A stretch of 64,000 bases of DNA from Octopus sinensis (Eukaryota), in the NCBI RefSeq assembly GCF_006345805.1, contig NC_042998.1, forward strand, positions 155,930,001-155,994,000, in the 5' to 3' direction. The notes beneath the pieces were generated by a model that was not told the origin of the DNA, made no database searches, and saw nothing but the letters and a program-made list of their open reading frames with translations. Of the stretch, positions 1-13,462 are shown piece by piece; within the stretch, counting starts at the first letter, position 1; every line of letters starts with the position of its first letter. The position numbers and the translations under genes are program-made.

Positions 1-235
1 TTCAGTTCACCAATTGTTTGAGGGTTGTTCTGGTAAATATTATCCTTGAGATACCCCCACAGATAAAAATCTGGTGGGGTTCAAGTCTGGTGAATGCAGT
101 GCCCACTCAACATCACACTTCCTGCTGATCAGTCTCTCCTGAAATCACTCTCTCAGCCAGGTTAGGGAGTCATTTAATGCATGGGGGATGGTCCCATCTT
201 GCTGGAATCTCAATCTATCCCTCTGTGTTGTTTTA
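1..235 (-). mobile_element. Tc1/mariner transposase remnant (catalytic domain)
   Basis: Minus-strand translation gives FQQDGTIPH...WALHSPDLNP/DFYLWGYLKDNIYQNNPQTIGELK with a frameshift, matching the QQDGAPPH and WPPxSPDLNPxDFxLWGYLK motifs. Runs off the window start. Confidence 0.8.
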
Positions 236-1039
236 TTCAAAGATTTGTGGGTTCTGTTTTTCTTTTTTTCAGGGGGGGGGGGTCACCCTGTTTGCAGGCA
301 TACTCATATGCTCTGTTGACTTTGCTGAGAAAAGTTTTCTAGCAACAGAACCACTGCCTTGGCACCATGCACTTCTTTGACTTCTTTGGGGTCAACATAC
401 AAATGTTTAGGACAGAGGTCACCAAGATGAAGTGATCAAAAGTTGACATAAATTAAGACCAATTTGCCTTTCTTGTGTTTTATTCATCATTAAATGAAAT
501 GCATCTTGTGTTTACTACCAGCTAAGGTTGGTATTTATATTGCTGAAAACATGGGAGGGTACTTCAGTTCTACAATGCAAGTTAATGCCTTTATAGAAAG
601 CTGGGAAAGTTAAGATTGAAACACTTTTCAAAAAATGATAGGATGGTCACAGTTGGAATGTTTTTCTTGATACAAAATTTTTTTTAAAATTGTGAATCAT
701 ATAATTTATATAAGCATAATTTTGAATAAACTTTGTAAAAGAGTGAAAAATGATAAAGTTATGGAAATGACATGTTTTTAACCTAATGCATGTCAACAAT
801 AAATTGGACGGCTTAGTTTTAAAAAAAGTTGATTTCATATGGTTAACTCCAATGAATTTCTGGTACTGGTACAATATCACATATCTTCTCTAATATTTGC
901 TTTTCATCCACCTTAAGGAAGTATAAAATTTATTTAAAAAGTACTTCACAACTCTACATAAAAAAAAGTATGAAATTAAAAATTTGTTTTTAATCCACCT
1001 AAAAGGTATGAAATATTTTTTTTAATGTTATTTTCTTGA

Positions 1040-1600
1040 ATGCCCAGGAGGCTCCCTGGAGGTAGCAGTTTCTGTTACCTAGGTGACCTAATTATCGGGG
1101 GAGGAAGATGCTCTGAAAGAATACTTGCTAGAATAAAAATAGGATGAATAAGTTCAGAGAAATATTACCTCTATGAGCAATAAAAGATTTTTCTGTGACT
1201 GAAAGGCAAATTGTATGATGCCTGTGTATGAACAATGCTACATGGTAGTGAGAGATGGGCATTAAACGCAGAGGTCATGCAAAGACTAGTATCCTCCATT
1301 GGATATATAATGTCAGTGTGCATGTATGACAAAGTGCTAATGTATTGAGAGAAAAATCTCAAGAGGAATCAACTGTTTGGTCATGTGATGCATATGGATG
1401 AGGATTTCTGCTTACAGAAATGTTGGGTGCTTAAAGTAGATGGAGCTTGTGGAAGAGAGAAACCTAGGAAGAAATGAAGTAGTGAAGGCAGATCTCAAGA
1501 TGCTAAGCCTCATGGAAGAAATGACAAAGGGCCAAGAAAATTCTGTGGCTTGCTGTGCTTGAGATCCAGTCAACGAATAATTCTGTTAGTGCTTGTACAT
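1040..1600 (+). mobile_element. RTE-clade LINE, degenerate 3' fragment
   Basis: Homologous to the end of the RTE ORF near 62400-62590 (KFRELLP, KGKLYDACV, MLHGSE); many stops. Confidence 0.75.
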
Positions 1601-2004
1601 GCTGGGTTCTATCTATGTAGGGTAGTCATGTATCTTCCATGATAGAGGGACAAGACACTTGTGCTTATCGAGGGACATTATACTTTAACCTCTCCTCAAC
1701 ACCTGATATAAAACCACCTCTCCCATCTCTCAAATGCTCCCCTCACTTAGTCAGGGTGGTGTTTTTCTTTTTCTTTCCTTTTCTTGTTCTTTTCCTGCCT
1801 TGCAAGTTATTTGATAACTTCACTAGTACCGGTGGCAAGAAAAAAAACACCCAACAGACATTAAAGTGATTGGTGTAAAGAAGGGTATCTAATTAAATTT
1901 ATTTTATCTACATTACATCTTTAAAAAATGGTTAAAAAGAAATGCATTTAAAATTTTCAAGAAGTGTAGCTGCAGTACTACAGCTTTCAGTTCTCTGCGG
2001 CAGA

Positions 2005-2135
2005 TTGGTACATCTGCAACGTTTAAAATTCAGATCTTTCCCTTCATCTCTCCGAAGTCGATAAAACAAGGTACCAGTCAAGTACTGGAACAATTTCACC
2101 TCCACCCAGTTTCTAATCTGAATTCAGAAAAGAAA
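2005..2135 (+). mobile_element. SINE-like dispersed repeat fragment
   Basis: ccttcatc..gtcgataaaa..gtaccag core; related copies near 3305-3490(-), 32890-33050(-), 41285-41345, 52535-52660(-) and 56825-57040. Confidence 0.55.
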
Positions 2136-2819
2136 AATAAAAGCCGCAGGAAAACTTCAATAATATATAATTCTTTTTCCTTTTCATCGTTTTGAGATAC
2201 TGAATAAAACGTAAATTTGTTTGCATTTGTAAGATACCACCAATATAAACTGTGTTGTTATTGCACACGTGTCTTGTATTGTCAATTAATGATTTAAATA
2301 TTGTTTCATTATTATTATTTTATTTTTTACCGTGACTTTTGCCTAAGGAAAATTGTAACTCGTTTTCTTGATTTGTATTCGGTTTGCAGTTTTCATAAAA
2401 ATAAATAAATTTTATGTCAATGTATATGACATTTAAAGCTGTTTTGAATAACTATTTTAGGTGGATGGAAAGCAGTGCTAGTGATGAGGTTTGAAACCAT
2501 TAAACATCTTATTTACTTATTCAAGTTCTAAATCTTTTCCTTTTTCTTTACTGAAATATTCACGTGATAACTTACGATACCTTTCTCTTCACCACCAATG
2601 CTTTTTTTTTGCTTTTTTTACGGTAAGAATTTTCACCTTTTGACAGTTTCTTTATGGAATCTTTTCCACAATTTTCTTGCAACAATTATATTTCATTATT
2701 GTTATATTTAAATAATCATTTATTTTATTTGCTAGCACAACTATTTCTAGTTCACTATCAAGTGCTGCCAACAGTCCAAAAATTCACTTCATCGATTTTT
2801 TGTCTCCTCTAAACATCTG

Positions 2820-2875
2820 TGACGTAGCTATCTCGTCACAATGACGTCAACGCCTCTCTGTGTAAACCGTCGTCA
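2820..2875. promoter_or_regulatory. Cluster of CRE/ATF-type motifs
   Basis: TGACGT 2820-2825, CGTCA 2834-2838, full TGACGTCA 2842-2849 and CGTCA 2871-2875 within 56 bp of apparently non-repeat DNA. Confidence 0.3.
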
Positions 2876-5062
2876 GATTGTTACGAGCAGTATACTACTA
2901 CTACCACTACTATTACTACCACCATTGCCACTGCCATCCCCTACCAATACCGTCATCATCATTATTATTATTTAACAATTCTTTTTCTAATCCATTTATG
3001 TATTTACTGAGCAAATGTGACTCAATCTATGAATTAGACACGATTCATAAGGGTGCAATTACATAAACAATCCCCCACGCTGTTATATTTGATTGCCAAT
3101 CCGAGTGTTGTTTGATCTGGCATTCCAGCTCTGATCATTCTGTATTTTCTCAAAGCATGGCACACCAAGAACCACATAATCTAATGTGTCATTTTCTAAA
3201 ACGATAGAGTATAAATTAAAATCGTGAACTGACAAATAGCAGTCCCCACTATCAAAATATCAGAGAAATTTTTGCACGTTCACTTTTTATGAATTATTTC
3301 TAGTTTAGGCACAAGGCTAGCAGTTTTGGCAAGGTGGGACTAGTCAGACACATAAGCCTAATTTTCTTGATGGGAAGTTTATTTTGTGGACCCTGGAGGG
3401 AGGAAAAGCCAAGTTGATTTCGGCGAGATTTGAACTGGGGACGCAACAAGCCAGAACGAATACTGTTTCTTTCAGCACTCTAGCAATTCTGCTAACTTGC
3501 CACTTTTTTTTTATTTGCGAGAAGACAAGATAGAGTTTACATTCATATATTTCTTTCTTTGCATTGGTATTGGACAAAGTTAAAAACCACCTTAACTTTA
3601 TTAAACGTGGAAATATTACACATCTTTTAAATCCTTATAGTCCCTTCAACTAGCATGTGCCTGGTCCTTCGCCTATGGGGAAAATAAATTTGTAGGATAT
3701 TTCAAACAGGTCAAACAACTGCGTCGATTTTATTTGTATGCTCGTCCTGCCTGTTAACCACGTAAGTGGTGAAAACGTTGCAAAACGTAAACATCATGCA
3801 GAACGATGAGTTTCTGGAATGATTGAATCAGCAACAGGAGAACAATTGTGATTCTAAATAGGAGGCATCTGGGGTCATGATGTAAATGATTTGTAGCAGT
3901 CATATAAAATATCTTCCAACCATGCAGAAGTTTAAGTCAACGACATTTAGATCATGGAAGTGAACAAGGGAAACGTAAACTACGAATTAAAGTGGCTTTA
4001 AGTACACATAAGTGCGGAATTGCTTATTACTGGAATCTGTTCATTTGTTCTATTAATTAAATAAAAAAATGTTATAAATGTCTTTTTTGTTTTTTAATTG
4101 GGGGCTGGTAATGGGAATAAATAACTTCCAGTAAGCTTTTCAAAGTTGTTTCCCTAGGATATACAAAAGCGCTTGAATCATTATTGGTGAGCAATAACAT
4201 TACAGGTTTCCAACGAGCTAATCAATCGTGTGTGTCCGCCCTGGGTACGACATTAAACTGCATCAGGTGATGAGGCGACAACTCAGGAGAAGCGTGGAAT
4301 TACCCCTTAATTACCATTATTTCCAGGTCTACTCTAACCTGGAATTGAAATACTTCTCAGGGTCCCATCAATAGGTTAAATAAATTTCCCAGTGATAGAG
4401 GAAACTCCTGCTATTTTTGACGAAGCCATGGAGTAGCCAACTTTTCTAGGAGAAAGATACTCTGACATAAAACTTGCTGTCAAAACAGCACCCGTCATCT
4501 TGCAATGCTTGTAACTGGAACCTACTATGACAACTGAGAGAGTGGCAAAAGTGCTGTATATGGCTTTCTCACTTAAATCCAGTGGCGTACAGATGTCTCA
4601 CCATCATTTCATTTCTTGATCCATTTCGTATTTTATGAAGTCCTATGACGATGTATACGTGGCATGAAAAGCTATATCTGTGCATATGCAAGGATGAAAG
4701 TAAATCAGAACAATCAGTCTGAATGCAAGACAGCTGTCATCTGACAAAATGAGGCAATCATCATCATAATGTCTGTATGTAGTATATGTATGTCTCAGCC
4801 AAACCAAAGGTAACATGGTTGATAGAACAGTAAAGACTGAGAGACAGGCTGATAACCTGGAGGGAAGGTAGAGCTTTAATCAAATGGCTAGAAGGGTGGC
4901 TAGGCAACGTACACTTGGCTAAAGGTGAAACACAAAGGAAGAGGTTCGTGCATATCCTGCAACATGAGAGGGTCAATGGCATAAAAGGTTCTGGATTGCA
5001 TGACAGTGTGTAAGAGACAATTGAAACATCATGAGTGAGAAGTGTATTCAGAATAATGAAAG

Positions 5063-5747
5063 TGTAGTGGGAAAGGTGTAGCAAAAGATGTTGAGGTAGC
5101 AGATGAAATAGGCATATGGATGACATCAAAATAAAACAATGGAAAAGCACAGGGTTATGGTTTAAATAATTTATTTAATTAACACTTGCATTTACTTGTA
5201 TACACCAAAAAATACACTACCTGACATTACCAACTTGCTTCGAGTTGGGGAAGAAGAAAATAAACGGGAAATACAGTGTTGATGTGATGAGGGTTGATAC
5301 AAAACCGGGCATGTTTTGTATCTGTATGTGCGTTGGTCATTCGGTGGTGTCTATGTTTTGCAACTGCTACTGTGTTGGGTCATTCATGCTGAATATGTAG
5401 TTCTATGTTGGCTGCTTGACTGGCGCAAGTTACTTACTGACTGTCTTGCCTGGTGATGGCTATCTGCAGTCCCTTGACGGATTGCGGTATTTATAATGGT
5501 CATGACAGCTAGAAGGACAGGCATACCACAGGAGTAATTTCTACTTATGTAGGTCGACTCCTGTCCACTTGAGCCTTAAATGACACGGCTCAAGTCGTGG
5601 GTCGAAGTGAAATCCATCCATCACTTTTTGACAGGACAAAGAAATTTCTTTCGCGCCTATTTAGTCAGTGGTGGATCAGAAGAGCGAGAATCCTTAGATT
5701 CAGCTTCGAATCTCAGCTCGGAAAAAGGAAGTGTTAGTTTTTACACA
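5063..5747 (-). mobile_element. 3' LTR of the Ty3/Gypsy element at 7300-8955
   Basis: On the minus strand it starts TGTG and ends TACA, directly after a purine-rich tract (AGAAGGTGGGT). It is homologous over its length to 54624-55277 and lies 3' of the integrase remnant. Confidence 0.65.
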
Positions 5748-6131
5748 ACCCACCTTCTGGTGAGAAAGCCATAGAGATCGAACGATACAGATGCGTGTGA
5801 TATTGAAAATGTGTTTTTGTGTGTAATTCAGAAAAATTGATACAGTGTCATTTACAAACAAATGAATACATGTCAAAAACATGGGAAGTGAAAGAAATGA
5901 AGAAAAACGGTAAAGCAAAAAAGTCAACGTTCAGATTGGTGTGTGCAATATATGTTAGGCGATGTGTATATGCCTAGGCAGAAGCATAAATGTAATATGC
6001 TGGCGCGTTGAAAGAGATATGCAACTTCATTCATTATGCGACCCACTAGAGGTCTATTAGAGGTAAGTTGTCTTTCAGTGGCATGGCGAGCAAGAAATAG
6101 CACACGTTAAAATATGAGTGGTGCAAGTGTG

Positions 6132-6920
6132 GGATATTTTCCTTTTGAACGGCACTTTGTAACATAATTTCTAGGTAACTAAAAAGTTTTAAACTTCGTA
6201 TACTGGTAGAATGTGTTTATAAAACATAATTTTCTCTTGGCTTTATTGAGAAAATTCTATATGTTGTAACATATTTCATCTTTAATTTCGAGCATTTCGG
6301 CAATTTTAACCAATCACTGACCTCCATTTAGGTAAATAACATTCTGTGCATAAAGAATACATCCCTCCTTTAAGAAGCAGATTGGGTTTATTTACATTTG
6401 TGAAGAAAAAAAGATACCCTTCCCCAACCCCTAACCCTAAATCTAAAATAGATTGAAATGCAATAGATCGATACTAGGGCCATAATTATGGGTGACATTT
6501 TTATTTGACACCGCTAGAAAACCCATTTTCCGTAGCGGTATCGTATGAAATTGTCACCCATAATTATAACCCTAGTATCGATCTATTGCATTTCAATCTA
6601 TTTTAGATTTAGGGTTAGTTAGGGGTGGGGGAAGGGTAACTTTTTTCTTCACAAATGTAAATAAACCCAATCTGTTTCTTAAAGGAGGGACATATTCATT
6701 ATGCACAGAATGTTATTTACCTAAATGGGGGTCAACGATTGGTTAAAATTGCCGAAATGCTCGAAATTAAAGACGAAATATGTTACAACATATAGAATTT
6801 TCTCAATAAAGCCAAGAAAAAATGATGTTTTATAAACACATTCTACCAGTATATGAAGTTTAAAAGTGTTTAGTTAACTAGAAATTGTGTTGAAAAGTGC
6901 CGTTCAAAAGGAAAAGATCC
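6132..6920. mobile_element. Fold-back (near fully palindromic) non-autonomous DNA transposon, Merlin- or MULE-like
   Basis: GGATATTTTCCTTTTGAACGGCA...TGCCGTTCAAAAGGAAAAGATCC; arms of about 385 bp; 8-bp TSD CAAGTGTG (6124-6131 and 6921-6928). Confidence 0.85.
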
Positions 6921-7116
6921 CAAGTGTGTGTAAGCATACAGGTGTGATGTAGGAGAGCAAAACATTTTAAAAACAAAGCAAAACATATGTACATGCAAGA
7001 AAATATAATTTTACAGAAAAGTGAAAATGTTCATGGAAAAAGTTAGTTGGTGAAATATTCAGTCAGTTCAATTAGCAGAACAATGTTCATAAAAGATGTT
7101 TTTCGTTGATATAGAA

Positions 7117-7164
<48 letters not shown>

Positions 7165-7299
7165 CAAAATGTTCTTTGTTTTGTTTTTGTTTTATGCGGG
7201 TGATGCAGAGTCACTTGGGTTATGTATGTGTAAATTGTTCATAACCATAAGGAAAACAAATTGTTTTTATTTGTTGATGTGAACATTGTGGACGTTTCA

Positions 7300-8955
7300 A
7301 CTGAGAAAACGGGTTGGTAAAGAGTTTGTACCTACTCGAAAGACTCGAACAAATCTTACGGGCATTCGAATTGTCCTCCCCGATTTGGTGTGCCGGGGTT
7401 GTGCAGAATCTGAGGTGTTTGCGATGGCTGAAGCTGAAGTTGTTGAGTCCGTTTGAGGAACGGTGGAATCTGAAAGTAAGTCCTCTGTCCTCTTCGATTA
7501 ATGCTTTTTTAAGCGATCACCAGAGACAGTCTTTCGTTTTCCTCCGATGTCGAAGACGAAATACTTTGGTTCTTTTTGGATTACTTTGTAGGGCCCGGAA
7601 TATGGTGGCCGAAGTTGTGAAGGTATTCCATCATTTCTAACGAAAACATGCGTCCAAGCATTGATGTCCTTTGGGACATGTGAAGCGACGTTCTGTTGTC
7701 TGGGGCCTGCAGGGGACAAATGCGACATAGATGTCCGTAAGCGGTGAACATATTTTGCTGGGTCCGGAAAGTCTTGTGATGAAACAGGGTCGATCATTTG
7801 CTCGGGTAAAGCGAGTGCCGTGTCATAGACTAGTTCAGCCGGAGTATGTCCAACTCCCTCCTTAACCGTGGATCGAATACCAAGGAGGACGAGAGGGAAA
7901 TATTCCAACTAGATGGAGCAGTCTGGATATGCTTTTATAGTCGGCGGTGAAAGCGTTCGACCATGGTATTTGCTGCGCGGTGGTAAGCTGTTGTGCGGGT
8001 GTGTTTACATCCGAGGAGACGAGTCAGCTCGGTGAAAAGGTGAGAATCGAACTGACGTCCTCTGTCGGTTGTGATCGTCGTGGGTGTGCCGAAACACGAA
8101 ACCCAATGAAACTAGCGTTTTGGCGACAGTTTCTGCAGAAGTGTCCGATAGGGGAAAAGCTTCCGGCCAGCGAGAAAATCTGTCAACACAGGTGAGCAGG
8201 TGAGTACAATTGTTGGAAGGAGGCAAGGGTCCAACGATGTCGATATGCATGTGTTGAAAACGTGCATCTGGAGTTACAAAGGAACCGATGGGAGATTTAA
8301 TGTGATCCTAGCCCAATCACAGGTGTCCTTGTTGATGTTGGGCCACGCGAAACGGGTTTTGTGTGACGCGGACACCAGGAAGTGCTAGGGAATGCAAAGC
8401 AGATAAAACGGCACGTATGGACGTTCATGACCGGTGGAGGTGTTGCACTAAATACAGTACCGAAGTCTCGGCTGGTTTTAAGCACTTGGAGAAGAAGGAT
8501 ACAGGTTGCCAAATATCGCCAGTGAGTTGTTGCAGTACACCCCCAAATCCGGAATCGGACGCATCAACTAGTACACACAGTGGGGCGTCTGGTTTGGGAT
8601 ACACTAGCATGGTAGCGTTAGATAACGCTGTTTTCAAGGCAGCGAAAGAGACAAGTTGTTCTTCACTCAAGGCAATGTTTGTATTTTTGCATTTTCGCTG
8701 TCGCCGCAAATCTGTGAGCGGTTGGGCTGTCTCTGCACAGTGGAGTAAAATCTCCAGTATAAATTTACCAAGCCAAGAAATTTCCGCAATTTGCAAAGAG
8801 ATTTGGGTGCTAGAAAATCCACGATGGTTTTGACTTTCTCGGGAAGTGGACGACGATGTGCCCGAGAAAATGAAGGGGCGCAACTCCGAACGAACACTTG
8901 CTGGGGTTGATAACAACACCGTATTCGCGCAGGCGTAGGAATAGCAGGTGGAACT
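7300..8955 (-). mobile_element. Ty3/Gypsy LTR retrotransposon pol remnant (end of RT, RNase H, integrase with GPY/F motif)
   Basis: Frameshifted ORF pieces [80 protein letters not shown]. Confidence 0.92.
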
Positions 8956-9599
8956 TGTGAAAAAGGGGAGACTAAGGAAGATATGAGATGACTTGAATAT
9001 GCTGCATCTCAGAGAGGAGATGACAAAGGACTAAAACAATTTTTGATATGCAATGCTGAACTCAAATGTAGCACCTAAAGGTTGCAATGTTTGTAACTTG
9101 CTAGGCCTATATTTATTCTCTTTCACCTTACAGTCTTGGTCCCTCTCTCATCTAACAATTGCTCAACTCCTTCCTCAACCTTATCACTCATAACTTTCCA
9201 TCTCGCATTTCTCATTTCCCTACCTTCTGTGTTGATTGCATCATTTTCATCACTCAGTCCTCTTATCTTTTAGCAGACTCATATATAAGTGATTGCATAA
9301 GGCCACCATCATTCCCTCTTCTCCCATCCAATACACGCTAACTACAATGTGCTGTGCTGCCAGCCAGTACTTTCTCTCCTCTGAACTACCATATTGTCAC
9401 CTCTTATGTTTTCTCTATTTTTCTCATATGTTTATGAATAAAAACTAATATTTATGAATATGCTTGATGTGACTGCATCTCTTCTAAGGCAACGTATTAG
9501 AGAAAATCAAGACCTTGTAGGAAGAAGTATGTACATATGGATATTAGTATACTTGAATTTAGTGATTTTGAAAAGAGAGAAGCAGAGAAGTGCCTCTGT

Positions 9600-10100
9600 G
9601 AAAAGTTATTAAATGTGAAGAATGCATGGGAAAAAGAAGGTCTTCCCTACATGGATCAGAAGAACCAGCCATATTCTGGCAAGAAAAGCCCCTAGGCAGT
9701 CATTAGGAATTACAGCTGGTATGTTTAAAATACCTGGTGGTGTAGGAAACTGCATAGTTACCCATATGGGCAGTTAGATTGTACAGGAAGGTGTCGTACC
9801 CAATGATTGGCATAGCAAAATTATAGTCAACTGCTACATAATTAAAGGAAATACTTTAGAGAGAGATAATTATATTGGTATTAAATTGTTGTGCAAGGTA
9901 ATGAAAGTTATGGATAAATGAGATGCAGTTCAGTTTTGTGCCAAGGAGAAGTACTACTATACCCTCTTCTTGCTGGGGCTACTGCAGATGTTCTTGGTTA
10001 AAATCAAGCTACTGTATTTAACATTTGTTGAGCTGGGGAAAGTCTTCAAAAGGGTTTCTCATTCTACAGTCTGGTAGTTACTGAGTATGCTAGGGGTAGA
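9600..10100 (+). mobile_element. RTE LINE RT fragment, degenerate
   Basis: Homologous to 61270-61850 (GKAPG, PNDW, IVNCY, QFSFVP segments); stops and indels. Confidence 0.75.
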
Positions 10101-10329
10101 CAAAGGACTAGGATGACTGGTGATATGCAGTGCTCAAAAAGACCCACCCATCTTGGTGTCTTGGTGAAACTGAGGTTCTGGAAACATAACGTCTACATAC
10201 ACAATTGGGCCCTTCACCTTATCAAATCCACTCTCCACCTCTTCATTCTCTACCACTGATCCCTTTATCACTTGTTTATCAGTAGTATTTCACTACTATA
10301 ATTAAATAAGGGCAGAACTATATATTTTA

Positions 10330-11900
10330 TCATCTTTTCTGTGATTCTAGTTACTTTTCTCACTACCTGGAACTTTTCCCAGCCAGTTCTAATTCTAGAA
10401 ACTACATTTTTAGAGTATCCTCCTCCACTGCTAATTTGGTCACCAAGGTAACAGAAACAATTTACTTCTTCTAAGGACACCCCCTGGATACTTGAAGAAA
10501 TCTATTTCCTTTAGGGTTTATTGTTCCTATACATCTACTATACACAAAGATTACTTTCTCTGTTAACCTTCCTCTGATTCCACTGCACTTATTATATATC
10601 CCTAGCTTGTACTGAGTACACCATATAAAATGTCTACCTACACCATTTCTATATATTGGGCAGGGCCCTTCTCCTGGATGGACTAGTAATTTGTCAGCTT
10701 TCCTGCTCATTAGGACTTTGTCTTTACTAAATTAACCCTAAGATTTTTTGATTCTATGCCTTGATTCCACACTCGAAATTTCTTCTCTAATTCTACTGCT
10801 GATTCATCTATGATGATAAGATCATCAGCATAGAGGATCTCCCATGAGCAACCAGTCTAAAAATTTCTCTGTTATGGCCTGGAGGACCATGATAAAAAAC
10901 AAGAAGGAGCAGAGAACTGACCTTGATGAAATTCTATGTACACACTAAATTCATTGCTATGCTCGCTGTTGCTATTTTTCTTACTGAAAACATTTCTTTA
11001 CATGGCTTGAAGATTGCCGCCAGCCACTCACCTATCTCTAGCTTCCTCAGTGACTACCAGATGAGGGAGCAAGGGACCCTGTCAAAAGTTTTCTCCGTGT
11101 TGACAAATGCCATGTACAATAGTTTATTTTTGACTAAATGCTTCTCCTGCATTTGCCATACTAGTAAGATAGCATTTGTAGTACTCCTGGCACAAACACA
11201 AACTGCATTTCATCCAGGTTAACTCTCTTTCTAATTAATTGAGTTCTGGCCTGTTCTGAAACTTTCATGACCTGATCCAGCAATTTGATACTTCTGTAAT
11301 TACTTGCTTTGTAGCAGTTGATTATAATATTCCATCATCAGTCTTTGGGTGACTGCTTCCTGGAGAACCTGATTAACTATACAGGTTACTAGAAGGATTG
11401 CTATATCCCACTCCACTAAATATTTTAAGCACCTTGGCAGTAATTCCCGATGGACTAGGAGCTTTCCCTGTCTTCATATCCTTAATTATTTAATCTATCA
11501 TGCTGCTGTCAAATCAGATTGATGGTCCTTTTATTTTTCATATTAGGAAGACTCTCCATCTACCATGCATTTTCCACTTTTAGCAACCTTTCACGGTGAC
11601 ACTTTCATACTTTCATGCATCTTTTCAAAATCACTAAGTGTACTATCTTTCATCCATACACACACACCTCTCTCTTATATCATAATTTTCTCAGACATGC
11701 CTCTGGTCCTCACACCATAGAACATTGGCAAACCTCTTCCTTTCTACCACTCCCTTTCCTAAATATACATGTCACCTAGCTTCTTTTCTAGCTATCTGGA
11801 ATAGTTGTCTGCTACTCCCACTCTTCCAATCCTTCTAGGCCTGTTTCTTTACTCTTATGGCATTGTCTACTTCACTGTTCCACCACTATGTCACCCTAGA
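10330..11900 (-). mobile_element. RTE LINE ORF remnant
   Basis: Reverse complement aligns with 60940-62500, including the YADD region, the Cys-rich segment (CPIY..WCTQYKL..KCSGIRGRL) and FCYLGDQISSGGG. Confidence 0.85.
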
Positions 11901-12069
11901 TCTGACTGAAAGTTTGCTTCTTGGAGTGCTTCTAGCTGGAAGCCTGAAATCTTTATATGTAAAAGATATATATATGCTTTATGTAGTCGTTGGTTTTGAC
12001 CAGTCAGAAATTTACCGTCTATTTCACGTCTATTATTGCTGTTTTCATATATATATGTCTGTATATACA

Positions 12070-12260
12070 TAGTCTGATCAATAAGTATCCGGACTGTTGC
12101 CATAGTAATGAAGCTAAAGCATGCAGAGTAAAGTCGCTTGGCACAGATTGACCTTGGACTCTGTTGTGCATGTGCACTAAGTTTTAATGCTCTAGCTCAC
12201 TTCTGCTGTTTACAGCAGTGCTTGGGAGGAAGGTGTGTAGCATATGATTGTGGAAAATAG
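12070..12260 (+). mobile_element. Mariner-like terminal fragment
   Basis: Follows a TA tract and begins gtctgatcaataagtatccggact, resembling mariner TIRs; no partner TIR found. Confidence 0.35.
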
Positions 12261-13393
12261 CAATGAGTAAATGTGTGTGAGTGTGTGTGTGTGTGAGAGA
12301 GAGAGAGAGATAGAGGGATTAAGGAAGAGGAAAAGTTAGAACAGTCATGGTGAAAAAGAACATCTGTAGATGGGAAATAATGTTTGAATAATGTTAGTAG
12401 AGGTGGTTGCTGGTCAATAACAGTGAAGCTGAAAGGTGGTAAATAAGAGTGGAGATGGTTGATGAGCAATGGATGTTGATAGCAAGTACTTCAGTGAAGG
12501 AAGAATGATGACTGGCAGTACAGAAAATGTGATGGTATGGACTAATAGATTCTGTATTTATTAAATCACACCAGCAGAATAATACTGAAACAGAAGAGAA
12601 TGTGGATGGTGAGAAGGTGAATGATGAGGAGAAGAGTAAATGAGTGGTGGAGAGATAAGTTATTGAGGGATGAACAATAAGGAGACAAAATTGGCATAGC
12701 CCAATTGAAGGATGTTTTCAAAACTTGTTTATGGAATCAGTACAGATTTGGCTTGAAGTAGTATAGATGGCATCAGGAAGAAATGAAGTATAATATTAGC
12801 TGCATGTAGGTGGGCATTGCTGGAGGTGGTAGCATGTAGAATGTGAGACACAAAGTTGAAGCATATGGCACACTAGGCATGATATAGTGACACCATGTTA
12901 GTGCCTTGTAATAGTAGTTTACAGGCTTTCTCAAGAAAAAAAAAAGCACTAATTTTCTTACTGATGCTTATAGATACATATTTGATATATTCGTGTTGCT
13001 AAATTGTTTGTGGATTTAAGGTAGGATGCTATTAAATCTTTTTAAAGGAATGTATGATTTTGTGTTAATGGCATCTGTACATTCATTCATGCTGCTTAAA
13101 ACCAAAAGTCTTTTATTCTTGTACAAGTCTATGCTAGTGCCATAGGAAAGTATTAGTTATGATAATAGCTCTCAAATTGCAACTCTTTTTAACCAGTTTT
13201 ATCATTATCACATCAGTGAACTGCACATATTGGACTGCCAGTCGAATATCTTTTTCATCTTATAGAGTAATTGTTGTACACTCTACTCTGTACCTCCCCT
13301 CTTTTTTTCTTTACTCGTTTCACTTAATGTTTTAATTCAATTCTACTAACACATTGAACTTTAATAAAAGTTATCCATTTTTTTATTTGTTAG

Positions 13394-13462
13394 TTTGTGA
13401 GGAAGAAATCAACCTGGATGATGGAATCATGTCACTGTTTCCATCAGTGAACTTGGATACAG
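13394..13462 (+). CDS. Candidate internal coding exon of an unidentified host gene (69 nt, phase 1-1; peptide xCEEEINLDDGIMSLFPSVNLDT)
   Basis: Perfect branch point TACTAAC 13344-13350, T-rich tract ending ttgttAG at 13393, open frame, donor CAG|GTAAGA at 13463; flanks look non-repetitive. Confidence 0.6.
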
